Positions 16,795 through 24,401 of a stretch of 24,457 nucleotides of DNA are shown in pieces; within the stretch, counting starts at the first letter, position 1, and every line of letters begins with the position of its first letter. The DNA lies in IMG/VR virus record IMGVR_UViG_3300027746_000091, positions 1 through 24,457 of that record; one strand, given 5' to 3'. Position numbers and translations under genes: made by a program. The notes below the pieces were generated by a model. That model had not been told where the DNA came from, did no database searches, and was given only the letters and a program-made list of their open reading frames with translations. This DNA is from a virus (Duplodnaviria; Caudoviricetes).

Positions 16795-17763
16795 ATGGCT
16801 AACGCTGCCAACGTTCCCTACCGCCCCGAAAACTTCGTCGACCTGGAGCCGGTCCAGGCCAAGGCCGCCGAGCTTATGCCCGAAAAGCTAAAGCGCGCTG
16901 TGATCAAGGCCATCCAGGGTGGCGATCACCAGTTCAGCAACGAGTTCCAGATCGACAGCGCGGACGAGCAACGCTCATACACGCTGCAGCAGCTGATCAA
17001 CAGCTACGAAAACGAAACCGACCTGCAGCGAATCGACCCTAAGTCTTCTGATTCCATTCTGTTCGGGCCAAACGGCATGATTCGCCGCCGTGGTGGCGGA
17101 TCGCCTGCCTTGCTGACCGAAGACATCGAAGTTGGGTACATCGATGATCGGTTCAACCCGAAGATCGGACCCGTGATCACCAGTGGGCGAAACCGCCTCC
17201 TGGCCCTGCAGATCTTCATTCAAGCCGCCGCCCCTGGCGCTCGGTACGACAGCATCAAGATTCGCTGCAGCACCCGAAACTTCAAGTCTCGCGACGAGCT
17301 GGCCCGCCGCATTGTGCAGGCCAATACCGAGTCGCGGAACATGAACCGCGCCGAAACCCGCGAACGCCGCGCCGGTGCCAAAGGCCTAAACACTGCGAGT
17401 CGCGCCGGGCTGGTCGACTCATTGCCGAACATCACCAAGATTGACGACCTGGCGACTGCCTTCGGCGGCTTTATCAAGCTGTGTGCCATCGAGCAAAGCC
17501 TGAATGGCCTCACGCTCGATCAGTATTCAGCAGCCGGGGTGACCGCCTATGGCCACCTGCGCAAGGCCAACAAAGGCCTCAACAAGCGCATCAGCGATGA
17601 CACCGCTGTGCTGGTCAAGATGGCCGACTCGGCTTGCGCCGCTCTGCCCGCCCTGGTGGAGCAGGCGATGGCCGACAAGTCGCGCGGACCAAAGAACAGC
17701 AAGCTGGCTCGGCTGCTGGCTGCCGAGATCGCGCGGCGCCATCAGCTTCTGATTCAGGCCTGA
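16795..17763 (+). CDS. ParB/Srx-like N-terminal domain protein
   Basis: PVITSGRNRLLAL resembles the ParB/DndB G-x-x-R motif; later QAN..SRNM..AE helix motif; good codon usage. Confidence 0.55.
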   Translation: MANAANVPYRPENFVDLEPVQAKAAELMPEKLKRAVIKAIQGGDHQFSNEFQIDSADEQRSYTLQQLINSYENETDLQRIDPKSSDSILFGPNGMIRRRGGGSPALLTEDIEVGYIDDRFNPKIGPVITSGRNRLLALQIFIQAAAPGARYDSIKIRCSTRNFKSRDELARRIVQANTESRNMNRAETRERRAGAKGLNTASRAGLVDSLPNITKIDDLATAFGGFIKLCAIEQSLNGLTLDQYSAAGVTAYGHLRKANKGLNKRISDDTAVLVKMADSACAALPALVEQAMADKSRGPKNSKLARLLAAEIARRHQLLIQA

Positions 17764-17786
17764 TCCATGCCATAAACGTTTCGCGG

Positions 17787-17817
17787 CCCCACCTTGCAAA
17801 GGGGTGGGGTTTTTCTT
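17787..17817 (+). terminator. Intrinsic terminator
   Basis: CCCCACC...GGTGGGG followed by TTTTTCTT. Confidence 0.7.
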
Positions 17818-17820
17818 GCC

Positions 17821-18726
17821 ATGACCGCTGATCATTGCGCTACAAAGTGCGGGGCCGATCATCGTTTTGAAATGGCGCTTTTGGCCCATAAAAACGGCAT
17901 GAGCATCAACGCCGCCGCAGACAAGTTTGGAGTAAATAGAGTGACGCTTCAACGAAAAGCTAAAAAAAGCAATCAGTTGCCAGTGGACGCGAAAATCACC
18001 ACTGGCTCAGGTGTGCCAGTGGTGGAAGCGCAAAGCAATCATGCGCCAGTGGACGCGAAAATCACCACTGGCTCAGGTGTGCCAGTGGTGAAAGGCAAAG
18101 ATGGCAGGGCTTACCGTAATTCTTATTTACCTGAAACTATTGCCAAGGCTATTGAGTTGCAAAGCAAAGGCAAAACAATTTCCGCAATTGCGCGCGAAGT
18201 TGAAGCGCCATACATGACAGTTAGCCGCTGGCTCAAAAAGCCCAGGCCCGAGCCGACCGCGCCCGCCGATCCGCCGCCGCTCATTCTGGAGTCTCCGGTT
18301 TCCGCCCCCAAGCCAAAGCGGCCCCAGGTGCCGGACAACTTGAAACAAGTGAATCAAAGAGAGCGCAGATGGCTGCGGGAGCGTTGGATTCAGATTGCCG
18401 ATCATCTTGCCAAGGCGGAACAGCTGATCCGACTGGAGCACCACCGACTGCAGTCTGAATTTGCTGGGCCTCAAGGCAGCTTGATGATGACTAATCGATG
18501 GGAAGCCCTCGCCAAGCTATGGGCAGAGTCTGGAGAGCTTCAAGACTTCACGGCTGCCACTGGCAACCCCGAAGCCGTGACGCTTGCCGGTCTTTTCTCT
18601 GAGCTTGAAAGATCGTCCCGAGTTTCTAGCCAGTTGATCGGCTCCATTGAAATTTGGACCGGGTGCAGGCCTGATCCAACTCGCTACCAACACACCACCC
18701 CCACCCCCACAACCCCCCATGCCTAA
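17821..18726 (+). CDS. Double-HTH DNA-binding protein with internal duplication
   Basis: MSINAAADKFGVNRVTLQR and GKTISAIAREVEAPYMTVSRWL HTHs; start probably the ATG at 17821. Confidence 0.7.
   Translation: MTADHCATKCGADHRFEMALLAHKNGMSINAAADKFGVNRVTLQRKAKKSNQLPVDAKITTGSGVPVVEAQSNHAPVDAKITTGSGVPVVKGKDGRAYRNSYLPETIAKAIELQSKGKTISAIAREVEAPYMTVSRWLKKPRPEPTAPADPPPLILESPVSAPKPKRPQVPDNLKQVNQRERRWLRERWIQIADHLAKAEQLIRLEHHRLQSEFAGPQGSLMMTNRWEALAKLWAESGELQDFTAATGNPEAVTLAGLFSELERSSRVSSQLIGSIEIWTGCRPDPTRYQHTTPTPTTPHA
17966..18090 (+). repeat. Direct repeat (66-bp period, 46-bp identical core) containing a 28-bp palindrome
   Basis: 17979-18024 equals 18045-18090; each contains CACCACTGGC-N8-GCCAGTGGTG. Confidence 0.95.
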
Positions 18727-18988
18727 CCACCCCCACACCTTCTACACCGATCCCACGATCGGCCTGACCGTCACCGCCCACCCGGGCCCCGGCTATTGGG
18801 TCGTGAACTTCGTGCGCCGCAAGCGCATGACCAAGCAGCTCGACCAATGCGCCGCCTGGCTCCCGGCTGGCCGGTGGGATGACACCCGCTGGCACCCCGT
18901 CGGTGCGCGCCTGGTGCCGCCGGCGGCGCTGGCGGTTGTTGAAGACTGGCTGACTGAGCGCACGGTTCCCGTGGAGGTGGCGTCGTGA
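18719..18988 (+). CDS. Hypothetical protein (89 aa)
   Basis: MPNHPHTFYTD after a C/A-rich leader; GTGA coupling to next gene. Confidence 0.6.
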   Translation: MPNHPHTFYTDPTIGLTVTAHPGPGYWVVNFVRRKRMTKQLDQCAAWLPAGRWDDTRWHPVGARLVPPAALAVVEDWLTERTVPVEVAS

Positions 18989-19344
18989 GCATCACTCCAC
19001 AAACCAGAAACTGGCTGCGCCAGTCCGCCGCCCTTGATGGTGCTGTTGTTTCCCAAACTTTGCTGAACCTGCTGGAGCGGGTGGAGGCGCTGGAGGCTGC
19101 CCAGCCCGCCCAGCCCGCCCCGCCGCCCGCGCCTGCCGGGGGGTTGGTGGAGAGGGTGGCAACTGCTATTCACCCAAGCATTTGCGCCGACCCGAACCTG
19201 TATCGACACGAAGCCCGCGCCGCGATCCGTGAGGTGGCGGCGTGGTTAGACAGCAACGAGGGTCTTCCCGACTTGGCAACGTCACGCAACGCCGATGGCT
19301 GGGAAATGGCGGCGCAGATCCTGAATCAGGAGGCTGACCGATGA
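18985..19344 (+). CDS. Hypothetical phage protein
   Basis: GGAGG SD, coupled; LVERVA..EARAAIREVAAWL pattern. Confidence 0.7.
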   Translation: MSITPQTRNWLRQSAALDGAVVSQTLLNLLERVEALEAAQPAQPAPPPAPAGGLVERVATAIHPSICADPNLYRHEARAAIREVAAWLDSNEGLPDLATSRNADGWEMAAQILNQEADR

Positions 19345-19691
19345 CCACCCCCGACTTCCGCACCCTGTGCGCTGAGCTGTTGCAGCCGCTGGCTGAATAC
19401 GACGGCGCAAATCCGTATCACGAGCACCGCGCTCTGATCACCCGCGCCCGCGCCGCCCTGCTCCAGGAACTCTCCGCGCCCGCCCCAGTGGTGGTGCCGG
19501 TGCCAGTGAGTGAGCGGCTGCCGGAGCCGGAGGAATGCACGGCACAAGGATGGTGCTGGGTGCTCTACCGAAACTTTGCCACCTGGACCTTGGAGCCACC
19601 GTTGGGCCAAGACGGAAAGCACACTTTCTACACCCACTGGCTCCCCGCCCACGCCATCCCGCTGCCCCAGGCCGGGGAGGTGCAGCCATGA
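19341..19691 (+). CDS. Hypothetical protein with DUF551-like motif
   Basis: VPVSERLP...THWLP; coupled. Confidence 0.65.
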   Translation: MTTPDFRTLCAELLQPLAEYDGANPYHEHRALITRARAALLQELSAPAPVVVPVPVSERLPEPEECTAQGWCWVLYRNFATWTLEPPLGQDGKHTFYTHWLPAHAIPLPQAGEVQP

Positions 19692-20200
19692 GCGTTCCCC
19701 TGGACATCGTGATTCGACCCCTAAATCAGGAAAACCTCTGCGCAGCGCAGAGGCTAGTCGATGAAAATTTTGGCCATTATCCATGGCTGCATCGAAGGCT
19801 TTTCTTCTCTGTTTCTGATCCACAATTTCTTTATCGCTGGGCACTCTCAGTCGGTTGGCAAATCACTTCTTTGAGTGACTGGGTAGCATTGGATGCTGGT
19901 AATCGGGTTATCGGTACTGTGGGAGTTTATACATACCGCAAAGATGACAACGAAGCCTGCTGGCTTTCCTGGTTCTGCGTCGATTCAGGCTTTCGTGGGA
20001 ATGGCATTGGGAAAAAACTGCTTCAGTTTGCAATTCAACTAGCCCGTCAGGCCGGGAAAAAATATCTTCGCCTTTACACTTCTACGCATCCATCCGAAGC
20101 AAACGCTCATGCCCTGTACAAGAAATTATTTAAGATCACAGGAAAGGAGTCAGAGCGCATCTATTTAGAGCTAGATCTATCAAAGGAGGTGCAACCATGA
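19688..20200 (+). CDS. GNAT family N-acetyltransferase (170 aa)
   Basis: FCVDSGFRGNGIGKKLL acetyl-CoA motif A, AHALYKK; SD and ATGA start at 19688. Confidence 0.88.
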   Translation: MSVPLDIVIRPLNQENLCAAQRLVDENFGHYPWLHRRLFFSVSDPQFLYRWALSVGWQITSLSDWVALDAGNRVIGTVGVYTYRKDDNEACWLSWFCVDSGFRGNGIGKKLLQFAIQLARQAGKKYLRLYTSTHPSEANAHALYKKLFKITGKESERIYLELDLSKEVQP

Positions 20201-20238
20201 GCAACGACATTCGCAACCAGCAGGAGGCTGACCGATGA
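20197..20238 (+). CDS. 13-aa linker mini-ORF (MSNDIRNQQEADR)
   Basis: SD plus ATGA coupling at both ends. Confidence 0.45.
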   Translation: MSNDIRNQQEADR

Positions 20239-20483
20239 ACACCCCCCTGAGCCACGCCGCGCAGGCGGTGCTGGATGCCTACGAAACTACTTTGGGGGTA
20301 TCGCCAGGACTTGCCGCCGCCATTCGCGCCGCTGCTGATCAGGTGGTGCCGGAGGAGCCTGAAAATGAAGATTTTGACGGCGATAACCACGACGACAAAG
20401 CGGAGTGGTTGCAGTGGTCTCAACGCACTCATACACGCCGCGAACTCCTCGCCATCGCCGACGAACTGGAGGTCCAGCCATGA
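20235..20483 (+). CDS. Hypothetical phage protein
   Basis: LSHAAQAVLDA..LAAAIRAAADQVVP..LLAIADELE; coupled. Confidence 0.7.
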   Translation: MNTPLSHAAQAVLDAYETTLGVSPGLAAAIRAAADQVVPEEPENEDFDGDNHDDKAEWLQWSQRTHTRRELLAIADELEVQP

Positions 20484-20605
20484 GCCCCGCCGACCTTCTC
20501 TGGCTGGCGATTGCGGTTCCAGTCCTTGCCTACCTGATCCTGCTGGCAATCGCTTTCCTGGTGCTGGTGTGGCTGGTCTACACTAAGCAATTCCCCTTTG
20601 TGTGA
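20480..20605 (+). CDS. 41-aa membrane peptide
   Basis: SD plus ATGA; long hydrophobic segment. Confidence 0.55.
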   Translation: MSPADLLWLAIAVPVLAYLILLAIAFLVLVWLVYTKQFPFV

Positions 20606-20838
20606 TCGTGACCGACCTGGTAAACCAGCCATCTCATTACACATCCGGCTCCGTCGAGGTGATTGACATCCTTGAGCAGGCTGCCAGTCATTCCCCGGAT
20701 CCCGTGCTGGCTGGGCTGCAGTGGCAAACCTTGAAATACCTGCTCAGGATGTGGTTGAAGGGGAACGCATTGCAGGACGCCATGAAGGCCCGCTGGTATC
20801 TCAATCGCCTGATCTCGCACCTGGAGCGCAGTGCCTGA
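20602..20838 (+). CDS. DUF3310 (SaV-like / T7 gp1.7-like) protein
   Basis: VNQPSHY..EVIDI..KYL.R..KG..QD..KARWYL. Confidence 0.85.
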   Translation: MIVTDLVNQPSHYTSGSVEVIDILEQAASHSPDPVLAGLQWQTLKYLLRMWLKGNALQDAMKARWYLNRLISHLERSA

Positions 20839-21280
20839 CCCCATCGAACCCCCAGCCCCGCCCAGCCGCGCCGCCCTGGCGGCCGTGCTGGCTCAGGCTG
20901 GCGAGCCTGATTGTCCGCTGCTGGCTGATCGGCCGGTCAGCGATGCCGGCGGTGCTCAGCGGATTGATTTGGCCAACGGCTGGCGGCTGAGCCTGTGGTG
21001 GCACCCAGGGCCGGAGCTTGCCCGCCTCTGGGCCGCCACGGCACCGGATGGCGGGATCTGGACCCTTGGCTGCGACCGCTGGCCGGACTGGAACGCAGGC
21101 CCCGAGGCGGTGGTGCTTGAGCCGCTGCGCCACTTGCTTACCGATGAACAGCGCGCGCGGCTGCAACAGCGCCTGCTGAACTGCGGCTGCTGGCCGGAGC
21201 CTGACCCGCTGCCGGAGCCAAAGCCGCCATCAATGGCAGAGATCGAGGAGCTCTACCCCTTGGACGTGATGGCATCGTGA
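20831..21280 (+). CDS. Hypothetical protein
   Basis: 149 aa Trp/Pro-rich; coupled in the operon. Confidence 0.6.
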   Translation: MPDPIEPPAPPSRAALAAVLAQAGEPDCPLLADRPVSDAGGAQRIDLANGWRLSLWWHPGPELARLWAATAPDGGIWTLGCDRWPDWNAGPEAVVLEPLRHLLTDEQRARLQQRLLNCGCWPEPDPLPEPKPPSMAEIEELYPLDVMAS

Positions 21281-21765
21281 AGCTCACCCCAGAGGATGTG
21301 GCCATCATCCGCGCCAGCACCGAATCCGGCGGCGCCTTGGCCCGCCGGTTTGGCGTGGCCAAGCAGACCATCTCAAGCATCCGCCTGGGTTACACCCATT
21401 GCCCCAAGCCGCCCCGCGAAGATCGCAAGGTCCACGACAAAACCGAAGGCCGGCTGGTCACCGCCCAGCAAGTGGAGGTGGTGCGCGCCGTGCTGGAGCG
21501 TGCACCTACCGAATCCCACCAGGCCGCCGCCGCGGCCCTGGGCCTGAGCCGCCACACCGTGCGCAAGATCCGGTTCGGCCTGCAATGGCCCGACGTGTTG
21601 CCGGAGCTGGAGCGGCTGGAGGAGCGCCACAGCGGAGCGTACTGCTACCGCTGCTGCCACTGGAGCGAGAAGGGTGATGGCTCCTGCACCTTGGGCATCC
21701 CCGAGGCGGCGCTGGAAGGGCAGCTGGCCGCGCGTGGCTGCGGGGCCTTCAGTCGCCGCCCCTAG
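21277..21765 (+). CDS. Tandem HTH plus four-Cys domain protein (paralog B)
   Basis: Two HTHs ending IRLG/IRFG; CYRC..C..GIPEA..ARGCGAF. Confidence 0.75.
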   Translation: MKLTPEDVAIIRASTESGGALARRFGVAKQTISSIRLGYTHCPKPPREDRKVHDKTEGRLVTAQQVEVVRAVLERAPTESHQAAAAALGLSRHTVRKIRFGLQWPDVLPELERLEERHSGAYCYRCCHWSEKGDGSCTLGIPEAALEGQLAARGCGAFSRRP

Positions 21766-21791
21766 CCTGGCCCTGGTGCATGGTGTTTCTG

Positions 21792-21820
21792 CCCCGACCC
21801 GTGATGGGTTGGGGTTTTTT
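21792..21820 (+). terminator. Intrinsic terminator ending the rightward operon
   Basis: CCCCGACCC-GTGAT-GGGTTGGGG-TTTTTT. Confidence 0.8.
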
Positions 21821-21995
21821 ATGCCAGCATCTGCCGCACCCTCCAGCGGGAGCACCCCAACCGCTTGGCGATGCGTTGCTGGGAGAGCCCAGCGCGGCGC
21901 AACCGGCGGCAGCGGTCGCGATCGGTTTCGAGGATCCAGGTCAGCAGCAGGACAGGCAGGAGCAGCAGGGCCAGGGCCCAGGCGATGGTGGTCAT
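21819..21995 (-). CDS. Membrane-anchored HTH protein, 58 aa (missed by ORF track)
   Basis: MTTIAWALALLLLPVLLLTWILETDRDRCRRLRRAGLSQQRIAKRLGCSRWRVRQMLA. Confidence 0.7.
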   Translation of the reverse strand: MTTIAWALALLLLPVLLLTWILETDRDRCRRLRRAGLSQQRIAKRLGCSRWRVRQMLA

Positions 21996-22071
21996 GGTGG
22001 TGAATGCTGTGGGGTGATCAGCCAGGGGTCAGCGACCGCGCCTGGTTGATGGGATCACCCTACATCGCCGA

Positions 22072-22115
22072 AGCGCTTATGCGTCGGTATCTAAGGAAAA
22101 CGTCGCCAAAGCGCT
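22072..22115. other. Candidate intact attP for the serine integrase
   Basis: 44-bp imperfect inverted repeat centred on AA (22093-22094), 15 of 21 pairs matched, perfect outer AGCGCTT/AAGCGCT; 31 bp upstream of int. Confidence 0.6.
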
Positions 22116-22146
22116 AGGGTCCAGATCACTGCAGCGCAGCCTATCT

Positions 22147-23451
22147 ATGAAGCTGGGATACGCCCGTGTGTCCAAGGAGGAGCAGGCCGATTCTTTGCCG
22201 GCCCAGGTGGGCCGCCTCCGGGGCGCCGGCTGCGATGCGGTGGTGGAGGAGCTCGAATCAGGCCGCAACGACGACCGACCCGGCCTGGCCGAGGTGGTGG
22301 CCGAGGTGCGCGCCGGCCGGGTGAGCGAGCTGGTGATCACCAGGGCCGACCGGCTGGGTCGTAATGCTGCCTTTGCCGATGAGCTGCTGGCCCTGTGTGC
22401 GCTGCGGGGGGTGACCGTCACCGCGCTGGACGGTGGCACCATTGAATCGGCCACGCCTCAGGGATTCCTGCAAGCCAGGCTGCTCACCACCATGGCCGAG
22501 GTGGAGTCGCGGATGCTGAGCCTGCGGCTGCGGCGCCAGTTCGAGCAGTACCGCTCCCAGGGCCGCCACCTGCGCCGGCGCAAACCCTTCGGCTACCAGG
22601 GCGGCGCCGATCACAAGCTGGAGCCACACTCGGAGCATTGGCCCCAGGCGTTGAAGGTGTTGCGCAGGCTGCGGGAGATTGGCAGCTTCACCGGCACTGC
22701 GAACGATCTGCCGGGCTGGTGCGCCTGGACCCCAGCGCCGAGCAGCCTGCAAGCCTGGTTCGTGAATCCGGTGATTCGCGGCCACATCGGCCACATGCTT
22801 GAGAAGGGCAGCGGCAAGGGTTGGGGCCAGCGGTGGGGAGAGATCAGATATGACCAGCACCCGGCGCTGATTGGTGAGGCCGACTGGCAAGATCTGGCCC
22901 AATTTCTGCGGCGGCCGGCGAATCGGTTTCAGGGCCACGCAAACGAAGTTCGCCATGGCCTCGCCGGCCTGCTGCGCTGCGCATCCTGCGGCCACACCCT
23001 TCGCCGGAACAACTCAGGCGGAACGGCCTGGTGGCGCTGCCGCCATCGGCTGTGTGAAGAGAAGGCCGGGATCCGGGAGGAGACGGCACTGGCTCAGGTG
23101 GTGGCCGCCTGCATCGCCGCCGCCGATCGGCTGGCAGCGGTGGCAGCAGCACCGACCGACGAAGATCCGGCGGTTGCCGCCAAGCGACGCGACCTGGAAC
23201 AGCTTGAGGGGCTGGCGCGCCGCAATCCGGCGCTGGCGTCAGCATGTGCTGCCTTGCGGACGGAGATCGAAAGCCTGAGCCACCGGCCCAGGGTGTCGCC
23301 GGACTTACTGGCAGTTGCCGAACGCATCGGCGACCCCGCCTTCTTCACCGGCGCGTCTGCACCTGAGCAGCGGGCGCTGTTTGGCGCGGTGCTGGATTCG
23401 CTGCAGGTAGGTCGATCTGGGGAAGTCCACGCTCAGCCGCGTAGCTGGTGA
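22147..23451 (+). CDS. int: Large serine recombinase (phage integrase)
   Basis: YARVS catalytic Ser, ESG..RPGL, DRLGR, PFGY recombinase domain, LLRCASCG..C..C zinc ribbon and coiled coil. Confidence 0.95.
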   Translation: MKLGYARVSKEEQADSLPAQVGRLRGAGCDAVVEELESGRNDDRPGLAEVVAEVRAGRVSELVITRADRLGRNAAFADELLALCALRGVTVTALDGGTIESATPQGFLQARLLTTMAEVESRMLSLRLRRQFEQYRSQGRHLRRRKPFGYQGGADHKLEPHSEHWPQALKVLRRLREIGSFTGTANDLPGWCAWTPAPSSLQAWFVNPVIRGHIGHMLEKGSGKGWGQRWGEIRYDQHPALIGEADWQDLAQFLRRPANRFQGHANEVRHGLAGLLRCASCGHTLRRNNSGGTAWWRCRHRLCEEKAGIREETALAQVVAACIAAADRLAAVAAAPTDEDPAVAAKRRDLEQLEGLARRNPALASACAALRTEIESLSHRPRVSPDLLAVAERIGDPAFFTGASAPEQRALFGAVLDSLQVGRSGEVHAQPRSW

Positions 23452-23602
23452 GCCTGCTGGCCAGGGCTTCGCGGAGGGTCACGGCTGATCGGTGCTCATG
23501 CTCAACATTCTGATCCCCACCCCACCACCGCGTCAAGATCAGCACTCCAAGCACGGTCTGCAGCACATACGCAGATCACAGTTGTGATCGGGGGCCTGAG
23601 GG

Positions 23603-23621
23603 TCTTAGGCTCTGGCTAAGG
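23603..23621. promoter_or_regulatory. Putative repressor operator upstream of the XRE gene
   Basis: TCTTAGG-CTCTG-GCTAAGG (2 mismatches), overlapping a -10-like TAGGCT. Confidence 0.55.
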
Positions 23622-23636
23622 ACATCACTGCTACCC

Positions 23637-24368
23637 ATGAGCAACACCACTTACAGCCTGATCAAGGAAGCCCAGGACCAGGCCGCCACCGAATTCGGCC
23701 GAATGCTTCGCCGCTGGCGCCGCCAAAACGGCTGGACCCAGTACACCGCCAGGCGCTGGGCCAGCGAGGCCGGCCTGGGCGAAGTGGTCAGGCATTCGGG
23801 CCTGAGCGAACTGGAACGCGGGATCACCAAGAGCCCCCGCAACGTGGTCTTTCTCAGCCTGGCCAACCTGAACGCCTTGATCCACCAGGGCGAGTACAAA
23901 GGCGTGCGCAGCCGCGACCTGCTCGACCAGCTCAAGGGCAGCCAGGCCATCTGTGATGAGTCCGGCAAGCCTTGGGGCCCTGAGGCCTTCTGGGCCTGCC
24001 ATGCGGGCATCCTGCTGCCACCGGAGGCCTTGCGCGCTGCGCCCGCCACCCCAACCCCAGCGCTCACCGATGACCAGGCTGCCGAGCTCTGCGCCAGCTG
24101 GGCCGATCAGGCCCGGGAAGCCGCCCGCGCTGCCGGTGCTGGCCCTGCACAGCTGATGGCGGCCGGCGGTTTCGCACCGGCCCGGATGCGCCAGCGGTGG
24201 GCCGGGGCGGTGATGGGCCTCGACAGCTTCACCGCTGACGAACTGGCCGAGCAGTGGGATCCCGAGGCGTCGGAGTGGCGCCCGGCCCAGTGGCTGGCGG
24301 CCTGGAAAGAGTCCCTGATCCCGGCCGCTCCGGGGGGGGGGGTGAGTTCTGAGTCTTTCGTTTTTTGA
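23637..24368 (+). CDS. XRE-family HTH protein, probable phage repressor
   Basis: FGRMLRRWRRQNGWTQ...SGLSELERG HTH; flanked by operator palindromes. Confidence 0.75.
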   Translation: MSNTTYSLIKEAQDQAATEFGRMLRRWRRQNGWTQYTARRWASEAGLGEVVRHSGLSELERGITKSPRNVVFLSLANLNALIHQGEYKGVRSRDLLDQLKGSQAICDESGKPWGPEAFWACHAGILLPPEALRAAPATPTPALTDDQAAELCASWADQAREAARAAGAGPAQLMAAGGFAPARMRQRWAGAVMGLDSFTADELAEQWDPEASEWRPAQWLAAWKESLIPAAPGGGVSSESFVF

Positions 24369-24371
24369 GGG

Positions 24372-24401
24372 TTGCGGATCCCCTTAGCGAGCGGCTAAGG
24401 T
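24372..24401 (+). promoter_or_regulatory. Promoter with perfect operator palindrome
   Basis: TTGCGG-18 nt-TAAGGT; CCTTAGC-GAGCG-GCTAAGG at 24382-24400. Confidence 0.6.

Noticed and set aside
17966-18090. Mini-CRISPR (palindromic repeat with 66-bp period)
   Set aside because: Only two copies, and the intervening and flanking sequence is also largely duplicated and in frame, so there is no unique spacer.
23574-23589. GATCACA-GT-TGTGATC as attP
   Set aside because: Symmetry stops after about 7-9 bp with no distal repeat; 22072-22115 fits better. Kept only as an alternative.
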